A stretch of 63,113 bases of DNA, filler included, from Chiloscyllium plagiosum (lineage: Eukaryota): NCBI RefSeq assembly GCF_004010195.1. It is 3 parts of one record of this genome, joined end to end, with 100 filler letters (N's around TTAATTAATTAA, not from the genome) between each part and the next. Parts side by side here need not be neighbours in the genome. Positions count along the whole stretch, not along the records: positions 1 to 24,211 come from NC_057717.1; 2 more parts are not named here. One strand, written 5' to 3'. The position numbers were made by a program, and so were the translations under genes. Shown in pieces: positions 11,585 through 21,349 of the stretch (positions are counted from its first letter, which is position 1; each line of letters begins with the position of its first letter). Under the pieces are notes generated by a model, which was given only the letters and a program-made list of their open reading frames with translations, was not told the origin of the DNA and did no database searches.

Positions 11585-13110
11585 ATGGGCAGGAGAGTCT
11601 GAATGGTCTACACCTGTTCCTCTGCCAGAGGCTTAAGAGGCAGATTACCCTCATCCTGCACAAAATGTTTGAGAAGATAAACAAACTCCTCCGCTTCCCA
11701 GTTTACGCATTCAAAAGGCTCAATGCTTTCATCCGAATTCTCTGTAACGGGATCAACAAGTTAAATGATGTCCTTGTTCTCATGTATTAGAGTTCATGTC
11801 CTTCTGAAGCTCCAACATATCCGATTTGAGAGGCTGAAGAGTATTCTCTTGTTCCTATGTAATAGCTAGAGGAAGTAAATTGTCTCACCCCTATCCTTAT
11901 ACTCCTTTAACAGGCTCAAGGGTCTGAATTTCATCTACCTGTTCGTCCTCCAAAGTCACGTGTGACTGAATGGCCTTCTCCTGTTTCACTGTGACAGGGT
12001 CAAGGGAAAGCATGGCTCCTTCTATTCAATCTTAACAAGTGAGAGACACTGAATGTCCTCTTTCATTTGCCTATAACTGGTTTGGGAGGTTTAGTCGACT
12101 CTTCTACTCCTGTAACAGGCTTGGCATGTGAATTTTTCCCCCGTTCCTGCTTATCAGGATGAAGAGGCGTAATCATAATGTTCTCTCCCTCTGCAAACAG
12201 GCCAGAAAGTGTAAATTACCTCATCCTGTTCCCCTTCAATAGACTAAAATGTATAAATGACCTCCACCTATTCCCTCTAACAGACTTGAGAGGCTGGATG
12301 GTTTCATCTTGATCTTTTGTAAAATATTCAGCTGTCTTCGTGATCTCCTACTGTTCCGTTGCCACCTGTGGGCGGCATGGTGGCACAGTGGTTAGCACTG
12401 CTTCCTCACAATACCAGAGACCCGCATTCGATTCCCGCCTCAGGCGACTGACTATGTGGAGTTTGCACATTCTTCCCGTGTCTGCGTGGGTTTCCTCCGA
12501 GTGCTCTGGCTTCCTCCCACAATCCAAAAATGTGCCGGTTAGGTGAATTGGCCATGCTAAATTGCCTGTAGTGTTAGATGAAGGGGTAAATGTAGGGGAA
12601 TGGGTCTGGGTGATTTGCGCTTCAGCGGGTCAGTGTGGACTTGTTGGGCCGAAGGGCCTGTTTTCACACTGTAAGTAATCTAATCTAAAATCGAGTGGCA
12701 GAATGGCCTTCTCCGGATTGTGAGAACAGGCTCGACAGGCTGAACGGCCTACTCCTAATCTTGTGCACCAGGTTCAAGATGCTGAATGGCCGCATCCTGT
12801 TCCACTGCGGCAGGGAAGAGGCTGTATGACCTCCTCTTCATTGCACGTACCTCATTAGAGAGATGAAATGGACTCCTACTTTTCTCCTGTGGAACAGGCA
12901 GGAGAAACTGCATGACCTCCTCCTTCTCCTGTTTAACAGGCTCCAGAGACTTATTGCCCTTCTCCAATTCATCTGGAGAGGCTGAAAGACCTACTCCTTG
13001 ACAGGGTGCTCAAGAGGATTATTGGCTTCCTCCTTTTCTCCTGTAACAGAATCGAGTGGCAGAATTACCTCCTCGTGTTCCTTTATAACCGGCTTGAGGC
13101 ATCGAATGAC
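11585..13110 (+). repeat. Degenerate ~42-bp tandem minisatellite (consensus approx. ACAGGCTCGAGAGGCTGAATGGCCTCCTCCTGTTCCTGTGTA), interrupted by a SINE
   Basis: GGCTGAATGGCCT(C/A)CTCCTG..TAACAGG-like units recur at ~42-nt spacing. Confidence 0.7.
12370..12688 (+). mobile_element. Full-length V-SINE (HE1-like)
   Basis: GGGCGGCATGGTGGCACAGTGGTTAGCAC head, B-box-like GCATTCGATTCCC, V-domain, and a tail GGGCCGAAGGGCCTG..(TAATC)n. Confidence 0.88.
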
Positions 13111-13364
13111 ACGTTCATCCATGGATTATCAGCAGCTAATAAACTTTATCTGATTGAGACCCGTGCCTTATCAGGTACAGGAAACCAAAAGCACAATTTT
13201 GGGTCCAAATGTTCTGTCAGTAAGACCCGCTGCATTTGAAATATCACGTCTCTTTGTTTGCACTGATTCCCTTGCAACATCTGCCAATCTTCCAGTTTCC
13301 CAACTCTTCAAGTGAAAGTAGACTAAAGTAGACTGAATGATCTCATCTCGTCTCTGTGCCACCG

Positions 13365-13575
13365 GAAAAAGAGAAGATTGCAGACGCTCGAGACAAGAAT
13401 CGAAGAGTGTGTGTTGGAAAAGCACAGCCAGTCACCCAGCATCTGAGAAAGATAAGAAGCGATGTTTGAAGGGCTTATAACTGAATGTTCGACTCTCCCG
13501 CTCCTCTGATGTTGCCTGACCGCCTGTGCTTTTCCAACACCACATGTTTCGACTCTGATCTCCAGTATCTGCAAG
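13365..13575. mobile_element. Foldback (inverted-repeat) element derived from a Penelope pseudo-LTR
   Basis: The left arm TGCAGACGCTCGAGACAAGAATCGAAGAGTGTGTGTTGGAAAAGCACAG is the reverse complement of the right arm CTGTGCTTTTCCAACACCACATGTTTCGACTCTGATCTCCAGTATCTGCA. Confidence 0.7.
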
Positions 13576-13946
13576 CAGCCTCAATGCTCTTAATGATGCC
13601 ACATTTGTTCACGGTTTGACAACAGTGCACTTAACAGTAGAAGGAGCATTACACAAAATCGATATGCAATAAATAGTGTTATCCTGGCTTGTGGTTTCTA
13701 GAAATTTCACCACAAGTTGCTTTGTGCAGCTGGTCTGTAGTTACATCGATTTCTCCTTTAATAAACAGGGTGGAACATCTACAACCCTGCAGTGTCCTGG
13801 CAGTCTTCCTTCAGATAAGAAAGGAAAATTAAAAAGATTTAAGAGTTTCAGGTTCGTCCGTTAGAAACCATCCAACAAGACCAAAGTAAATGTTCTGTTA
13901 AACTCTGATATGCAAACTGCTGCAAGGAAGGGGTTAATTGAACCTG

Positions 13947-13970
13947 TTTGTTCAGTGACTGTGATTAATG
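13947..13970 (+). promoter_or_regulatory. Conserved upstream motif of GPCR paralog A
   Basis: TTTGTTCAGTGACTGTGATTAATG is identical to 39895-39918, while the flanks of the two copies are clearly diverged. It lies ~190 bp upstream of the ATG. Confidence 0.45.
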
Positions 13971-14156
13971 GCTGTCTACTTGGATTCTAATGATGTCAAT
14001 GGAAAGTTTCCATCTTTTACTGATAAATAGGCTCCATTCACTGTTATCCCATAGTACGAGTTGCAGCAACGTGGACAGTGCTAACCGGGACCAGTAGCTC
14101 CACAGAAAGGGGAGGAGAGATCAGAATTAAGAACATCAGACTGGAACGCTTTAACA

Positions 14157-14334
14157 ATGAATCAGAATCTGAGAATATCAGACTGGAATTTTACAACCGA
14201 CAAGGGTTTATCGTTGGATGTGTGGGTTCTTTCCACATTTTATGATCAATTGTCATTATTACAACGGATGGAATATGTACTCTCCATTATTCAGTACTTG
14301 TATTATCCTATCCTGGCTATCATTGGTGTCCTTG
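14157..14334 (+). CDS. First coding exon (N-terminus + TM1) of a GPR139/GPR142-like class A GPCR, paralog A; rest of gene not found
   Basis: MNQNLRISDWNFTTDKG..VLSIIQYLYYPILAIIGVL(G) ends at a phase-1 donor G|GTAAGG (14334/14335). YYPxLAIxGVxG is the TM1 start I recognise from shark 'GPR139-like' receptors. N-F-T sequon present. Same length and phase as paralog B. Confidence 0.72.
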
Positions 14335-14519
14335 GTAAGGCTCAGTTTCCAGTTATTATTTGTATAATCCATGCATGACTATATTACTGTTCTTCTCATA
14401 TATTAAGCACTCAATACATGGTTATTGATCCTCCTGAAACTATGAGTACAGATATCCACATCAGTGAACTTATTCAATCACTCACTCCCTATATATTCTA
14501 GCAGTGCAACTCGTAAGTC

Positions 14520-15900
14520 AGGGAGTCAAATCGACATCCAGAAAAGAAACAGACCCTTTGGTCTAACTCATTCATGTCAACCAGATTCTTAAATAAATCC
14601 AGTCCCATACTCTCGCAGTTGGCCCACAGCTCTCTGAATGTTCCTTTGCGTCTATCCATTCAGATGTTGTTTATTTGCTGTCATTGTTCCAGCCTCCAGC
14701 ACTTACTCCCGCAACTCCATTCATCCACGAACAAGCACTTGCGTGTAAATGTTGGTCCTGAGGTTGCTTTTAAATTTTACCATTCTCACCCTAAACCAAT
14801 GTCCTCTAGTTTTGGACTCACACTCCGGGGTAAAGGTCATGTCTATTTACAGTATCCATACCACTCAAGATTTTATAAAACTCTGTAATGTCATCCCTCA
14901 GCCTCCAACGCTCCAGGGAAAATGGTCGTAAACTATTCAAACACTCTGTATAGCAAAAACCCTCCAAATCTGGCAGCATCCTTGTCAACCTTTCCTGACA
15001 TCTTTCAGGTTTCACAACATCGTTCCCATTTGGGGGAGGCAGGAGTTGTGCATACCACTCAAGAAGGAGTATTGTCTTATACAGCTGTAGCATGACCTTA
15101 CAACTCCTGTATTCTGTGCACTGACCAGCAAGGGCAAGCCGACGAATGTGTTCTTCACTATCACATCGACCTTCGATTCCACTTTCAAGTTAATATGAAT
15201 CTGCACTCCAAGATCTCTTGTTCAGAAATACTCACCAGGATCTTACCATTAAATGTAAAAGCCTGTCCTGATTTGACTTTCCAAACTTCTGCACACAAAC
15301 AAACTCCTAGTTCAAAACAGTTCATGCCGATCACAATGTCTGTTCCTGCCAATATCCAACCAAACAATTCCGCTGCATGTAATTATCCGAGTGTTTTTAA
15401 ACGTTGGAATTGTGCCACATTCATTGCTTCCAGAGGAGTTTCTTTCCATGTGTGAGCCACCTTCCATGTATAAAATTTGTCCCTCATGTCTTTTAAATCT
15501 GTCTCCTCTCACTTTAAAAGTGTGTCACCCAGTCTGAAATCCCCGATCCCGAGGGAAATGACAACTATTATTATGGCTATCTATTTCTCTTATTATTTCA
15601 TGGATTTCAATCAGAGCAACTCTCAGTATTCCACTTTCCAGTGAAGCATTTCCCAGCCTATCCATCCTATCTTTATAGCTCAAAACTTCCATACAAGGTA
15701 ACATCTTCGGAAATTTCTTGTGAACCCAGTCCAGCTTAATCGTCTCCTCCCTGTAACTGAGCTGACAGAACTAGACACAATCTTCCTGAAGAGACCTCAA
15801 AAATGTGCTGCACATCCTCAACATGACTGTGAACTTCGAATCTCAAAAACAGAATAATGAAGCGAAGCGTGCCAAATATCTTTTCTTAACCACCCTGTAA
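14520..15900 (-). mobile_element. Two decayed CR1 3' fragments in intron 1 of paralog A
   Basis: Minus ORFs MLQLYKT..ERCQERLTRMLPDLEG..FSLERWRLRDD (14818-15093) and MRGDRFKRH (15312-15512). Confidence 0.7.
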
Positions 15901-16679
15901 TGTCCACCCACTCAGTTTCAGATTTGATATATGATTGTATCACAACCCTTGCTTGTTTAAATTTTGGGAGTATGGAGTTCATTATCTTCTGTTCTGTTGA
16001 CAAACTCCTTTTCCTTTCTTTCTTGCATCCAATCCCTGGCCGATATCCGATTCAGATCCAGGTGAGTCACAACTGTGGAGATATATTTGGCTATAAGCTG
16101 ACATCATACCTGGAGTACTTAGTCCTTCGGTATATACTGAATGGGCTCATTCCACCTACAATCTTAATTTTGTTTAATGAAACACATTCTTAATTCTAAC
16201 GCATTCATAATCTAAAATCTAATTTAAACTTAATGATGCAAATCATCTGCTGCTGACATTCCAAACTCCAAATCTGCAGAAGCAAATCTAAATCTAAACC
16301 TCACAGCTCGTATCCGAACACACCTGAATATTTTTCGACCACCATTACTGTTCACCGCCTAGTATGGTGAAATATGCAGCCCATGCTGCGAGCACCTGAC
16401 AATTTTTGTTTCTATATTTCTACTGCACCGTCGTGTGTGTGTGTGTGTGTATGTTACTCTATGTGTGTTAGTGTCTGTTGGGGGGTGGTTGGTAGACCCG
16501 AACGTCATTGCTTGAGCCACAATACGCATGGAATAAATCAGTTTAAAGATGAACAACTGTCAAGGGTTTGCACAATCAAAGGAGACGGCGGGACGTTTCA
16601 TGGGCAGATATGATGTTTGGCGTGAGGAGTTCAAAACAAAGGCATTGTCAGACTCATTAACAATATCTATCATGGCAAG

Positions 16680-17300
16680 CAATCTGTGCAAATAACCTAC
16701 CTCTGGCGTCTCCTCTGTACCTTTCACATAATATCTTAAACCTATGACCCCGCATGGCAGTCAAACCTGCCCTGCGGAAACATCTCTGGCTATTGACGCT
16801 ATCCATGCCTCTTATTACCGTGTATACCTCGGTCAGGTCACCTCTTTTCCTTTTTATCTCCAGACAGAAAGGTCCGAGCTTAGTCAACCTTTCTTTGTAA
16901 CACCAACACTACAGTCCAGACAGCATCCTGGAAAAGCTGCTTTGCACTCTCTCCAAAGACTCCATATCTTGACTATAATATGGCGACCAGAACTGGACAC
17001 AATATTTCAAGTCTGGTCTCATCAGGGTCTTGGAGAGCTGCAGCAAACCCTCGCGGTGCTTAAACTCGATCAACCGTTAATGAAGGCAAAACACTATATG
17101 CTTTGCTTTAACAATCCTATCCACTTGGGGGGCTACTTTGAGGGATCTATGCACTTGAACACCAAGGTCCCTTTGTTCTTCCATACTGCCAAGAATCCTA
17201 TCTTTTACCCAAATATTCAGCATTCAATTCGCCATTCCAAATTGCATCACCTCACGTTTACCAGTTTGAACTATTTCTGCCATTTTTTAGCCCAGCCCTG
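16680..17300 (-). mobile_element. CR1 LINE fragment
   Basis: Minus ORF KLGPFCLEIKRKRGDLTEVYTVIRGMDSV (16657-16887). Confidence 0.7.
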
Positions 17301-17324
17301 CCTATGTCACGCTGCCTCCTGCAT

Positions 17325-17593
17325 CTCCCCCCTTTCTTCCCTCCAAGGCACAAAGGGACACTTCCATATCTGCCACAAATTCACCTGCACCTCCACACAC
17401 ATCATCTAGTGCATCCGCTGCACCCGATATGGCCTCCTCTATATTGGGGAGACAGGCCGCCTACTTGTGGAACGTTTCAGAGAATACCTCTGGGACACCC
17501 GGACCAACCAACCCAACCACCCCGTAGCCCAACACTTTAACTCCCCCTCGCACTCCACCAAGGACATGCAGGTCCTTGGACTCCTCCATCTCA
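17325..17593 (+). mobile_element. Penelope-like GIY-YIG fragment
   Basis: Translates as FTCTSTHII*CIRCTRYGLLYIGETGRLLVERFREYLWDTRTNQPNHPVAQHFNSPSHS. Confidence 0.75.
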
Positions 17594-17673
17594 GTCACAC
17601 TGATCCCCTCACACTCACTCCATCACCGTCACACTGACCCCCTCACACTCACTCTATCACCGTCACATTGACC
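17594..17673. repeat. 34-bp minisatellite running into an assembly gap
   Basis: GTCACACTGATCCCCTCACACTCACTCCATCACC, about 2.3 copies, then an N-run. Confidence 0.8.
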
Positions 17674-18159
17674 NNNNNNNNNNNNNNNNNNNNNNNNNNN
17701 NNNNNNNNNNNNNNNNNNNNNNNNNNNNNNNNNNNNNNNNNNNNNNNNNNNNNNNNNNNNNNNNNNNNNNNNNNNNNNNNNNNNNNNNNNNNNNNNNNNN
17801 NNNNNNNNNNNNNNNNNNNNNNNNNNNNNNNNNNNNNNNNNNNNNNNNNNNNNNNNNNNNNNNNNNNNNNNNNNNNNNNNNNNNNNNNNNNNNNNNNNNN
17901 NNNNNNNNNNNNNNNNNNNNNNNNNNNNNNNNNNNNNNNNNNNNNNNNNNNNNNNNNNNNNNNNNNNNNNNNNNNNNNNNNNNNNNNNNNNNNNNNNNNN
18001 NNNNNNNNNNNNNNNNNNNNNNNNNNNNNNNNNNNNNNNNNNNNNNNNNNNNNNNNNNNNNNNNNNNNNNNNNNNNNNNNNNNNNNNNNNNNNNNNNNNN
18101 NNNNNNNNNNNNNNNNNNNNNNNNNNNNNNNNNNNNNNNNNNNNNNNNNNNNNNNNNNN
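17674..18159. other. Assembly gap (486 N)
   Basis: N-run. Confidence 0.99.
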
Positions 18160-18650
18160 CTGAGAAACGTTTCAGAGAACATCTCTGGGACACACGCAAT
18201 AAATAACCGCACTGCTCTTTGACAGAAGGTTTTAACTCCACAAAGACATGCCAGTACAGCGTCTTCTCCACCGCCAAAGTTTAGCCACCCGAGGCCTAGA
18301 GCATATCTGCTCCACTGACATTATCCCAGATCGAATATTCGAAATCCGCTCCGCCCTCTTGAACTGTCTGACATGTCCATCTTGTTTCCCACCAATCTGC
18401 ATCGTCCTCCTTCCCAAACTATCACCATCACCCCCTCAACTCCATACACCTATCGCATTGTCAGACACCCTTGCACCCGGCTCCACATCCCTCCCAATTA
18501 TCTCTCGGTCAGATTGGTCCAGACCCTCATTCCTGAAGAGATTATGCTGGAAAAGTCGACTCTCCTGCTCCTCGGAAGCTGCCTGAGCATCTATCCTTTC
18601 CCAGCACCACAGTCTGATCTCCAGCGTCGGCATGCCTCACTTTCTCCTCT
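18160..18650 (+). mobile_element. Penelope-like 3' fragment with pseudo-LTR arm
   Basis: Begins GAAACGTTTCAGAGAACATCTCTGGGACAC (RFREHLWDT). Ends with an arm CATTCCTGAAGA..GTCGACTCTCCTGCTCCTCGG..CCAGCACCAC..GATCTCCAGC. Confidence 0.6.
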
Positions 18651-19169
18651 TCTGTCTTGAAAACGCAAACCCATATTCCGAGCGTTATTGTTTTTTTTTC
18701 TGAGCTGCTGATCGCTCCTGTACCTAAGTGAATCATCACTCAATTAGCCACGTTTGTGACGTAAACTCTATGCTGCAGACTTGTTCCATCGGATGTGCAA
18801 CACGGAGAGAATCTATTTCTCCCATCACCTACCCTCGTTGTGTGCTGCTGTTTTTGTACCACATGACGATAATCCTGCCTAATTAATTTAAAACTGCAAG
18901 CATTTCCAATTGTTTTATCCTTCAGGCAAGTGTAGAGTTTAATTCTAAAACGCATAAACATATTGGAGATCATGGTATCAAATGTAATTCATTAACATGG
19001 ATAGAAATCTGGTTGGAAGAGCACAGTTTGAGAGTTGGAATGAACGGGTTATTTTCTAAGTGGCGGGCAGTGAAGAGTAGGGTACAATAACGTTCAGTGC
19101 TATTCCCTCGGATGTTCACGATATACATTCAAGGTTTCGATGAAGGAATTCTGTGCATTATCTTCACAA

Positions 19170-21135
19170 AATAACAACACAGACAATGCAGAAACTCTGA
19201 TAAAGAAACTGACGGATCGACATCTCACAGATGCACAAAAACTCGTCCGAGTAAGAGGGTCGACCTACAATTACAGCGATGTGGGAACAAAAAATCTCGA
19301 GTAGCACTGGAATCAACACTGAAAGAGAATCGACCTTCAGAAGAAACGCAGCAGGTCATCAAACAACCAGTTGCACAAAAACATAAGCAGGAAGAAAGAA
19401 GAGCATATGCTCAATGCACACGGGAGGCAGCCCTACAAGGATTCAGAAAAGACACAAATATTGTAAGCTGACCGGCAGACAAAGGGTACATGACCGCCAC
19501 CCTAAATATAACAAAGTTCATTGAAAAGGAGAACTCACTACTCACAGATACTATCTCAACAGCTTGCAAATCGTATCACAGTATCACTGAAGCAACCCCA
19601 CACAACAAGGGAAGTTAACAAGACAGATATCTAAAGAATGAATCCAAATAGATCCATCACACCGAGTTATGATGGATTACCGAAGGTGCAAAGCTGAGCC
19701 CGCCTCATATCCAGAGTCTCACTTCCAGCCACACCGACATTCAAACTAACAAGGGAACTTATGATCAACTGTAATATCTAGCAGAAGTCTCACGCCACAC
19801 GATCCACTTCATCAAAGTATTCCTGAACATCATCAAAGACACCAAGATAGAAAAGGACGAGGTAATGAGGTCCTTCGACATAACGGCCATATTCACCTGA
19901 ATCAACATCAGCCTGACCAAAGTAAAACTGACCTCACTACTAGTCGATCCAAGGACACGAACAGCAGACAGTACCAACTCCATCAGCAAAAAAACCACTT
20001 TACCTTCAACAACGACAAGACCGACAAACAATCAACGGTACACCCATGGTCATCTCAAATATCAGGTTTTTTTGAAGAAGCAGTTATGCAGAAACAACAG
20101 CCCTCCAAACGACCCAACCCAAGCTTTGGGTCCACTATTTGGATAACACCAATGGCATCATGAAAAGGAAAACAAGAAGAAAACCCCAACATAATTACTA
20201 ACATTTTTACTTGCAAAAAAATATCAAGAAAGCGAAACAGAACAACATCAAACTTACCTTCCTTAATGCTACTGTGGGAAGAAAAGCCAATCGAGAATGG
20301 TAGACTTGCGTCCACAGGAAAGCAACACACACAGTCCAGATAGGCACCTGTGGGAGCAATCATCCCAAAATCCACAAACGGAACTGCATCGGAACATTAT
20401 GTAAAACACAGTGCAGCACCCAGCATCTGCAAGCAGCAGAAGAAAATTTCCCCTACAACGTATTCAAGATCAACGGGTACCCAATAAGTGCAGTCCACTT
20501 AAACAACAGACCGAAACAAGAAGACACAACACACCCAGAGACGCCAGCCAAACTGCCATCCATCAAAGACGTCTCAGTGATGACGGCCAGATAACACTGA
20601 TCCCTTGGCATCATTGGTCGCTCAAACAACTGTTAACACATTGAAAAAGCCATTGATAAAATAATCGATCCTGTATTAGCAAGCATCATGTAAAAGAAAT
20701 GCTTCAAGAACCTCAGGCAAACAGGCAGAAAACTCGCCATCAGGATATACGAGCAGCAATTAGCCACGAAAAGACATGGCCAACTATCACGAGTTTCAAT
20801 ACACACACACGAAGGAGGACACCACTTCGACTGGGCAAAAACATCCATCATCAGAAAGGCTAAACAAGCACACGTATGCAAATTCCTAGAGGTATGTCAA
20901 TTAAACAGGAACTCCATCAATACGGATACAATTTGGACCTCATTTGCCAACCTGAGGAAAACAAGCGGACCAGAAATGATATCACTCACCTGAACAGACC
21001 AAGACACAAAAGTACAAAGTGGGACCGAACAACAATGCTTCAACAGAGTCTCACTGACGATGTTACCTAGCAAGGTGACGAGACGTCTGAGAACAATTCT
21101 ACCAGCTCAGCGAGAAAACTTACAAACTCCGTCTC
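19170..21135 (+). mobile_element. Decayed Penelope-like element (RT + GIY-YIG + pseudo-LTR with hammerhead motif)
   Basis: Frameshifted motifs PADKG (~19473), SFDITAIFT (~19870), NGTPM (~20035), WVHYLDNT (YVDD-like, ~20127) and QTGRKLAIRIYEQ (~20718). Hammerhead-like motif at 21049-21092. Confidence 0.8.
21049..21092 (+). ncRNA. Minimal type I hammerhead ribozyme motif (one core substitution)
   Basis: TCTCA-CTGACGA-T-GTTACCT-AGCA-AGGTGAC-GAGAC-GTC-TGAGA gives a perfect 5-bp stem I, a 7-bp stem II and a GUC cleavage triplet. The core has GAGA instead of GAAA. Confidence 0.6.
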
Positions 21136-21179
21136 GGAATTTACTGATGTCACTTAGCTGGATAGCAGTGTCCTTGGTG

Positions 21180-21335
21180 GTGGAACAGCACAGCACATCA
21201 TGCAGCGTTCGAGGAGCAATAAAGTCGACGTTGAAAGGCTTTTGCTAGAAATGTTGACTCTCCTGCTCCTCGGATGCTATACTTTTCCAGAACCACACTG
21301 TCGACTCTAACCCCCTGAATCTGCAATTCTCACTT
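21180..21335. mobile_element. Degenerate Penelope-derived foldback element
   Basis: The GGAACAGCACAG..GAGGAGCAATAAAGTCGACG arm faces a GACTCTCCTGCTCCTCGGATGCT..TTTTCCAGAACCAC arm. Confidence 0.55.
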
Positions 21336-21349
21336 TCGCCTGGATGGCA

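Noticed and set aside
12370..12445. tRNA-like sequences at SINE heads
   Set aside because: They are followed by the V-domain and LINE tail and lack a full cloverleaf. They are SINEs, not tRNA genes.
16744..17409. 221-aa plus-strand ORF
   Set aside because: It is an antisense reading of a CR1 fragment fused to a Penelope fragment, not a host gene.
17649..18277. Long ORFs of 184-286 aa here and at 49330-50272
   Set aside because: They only read through N-runs.
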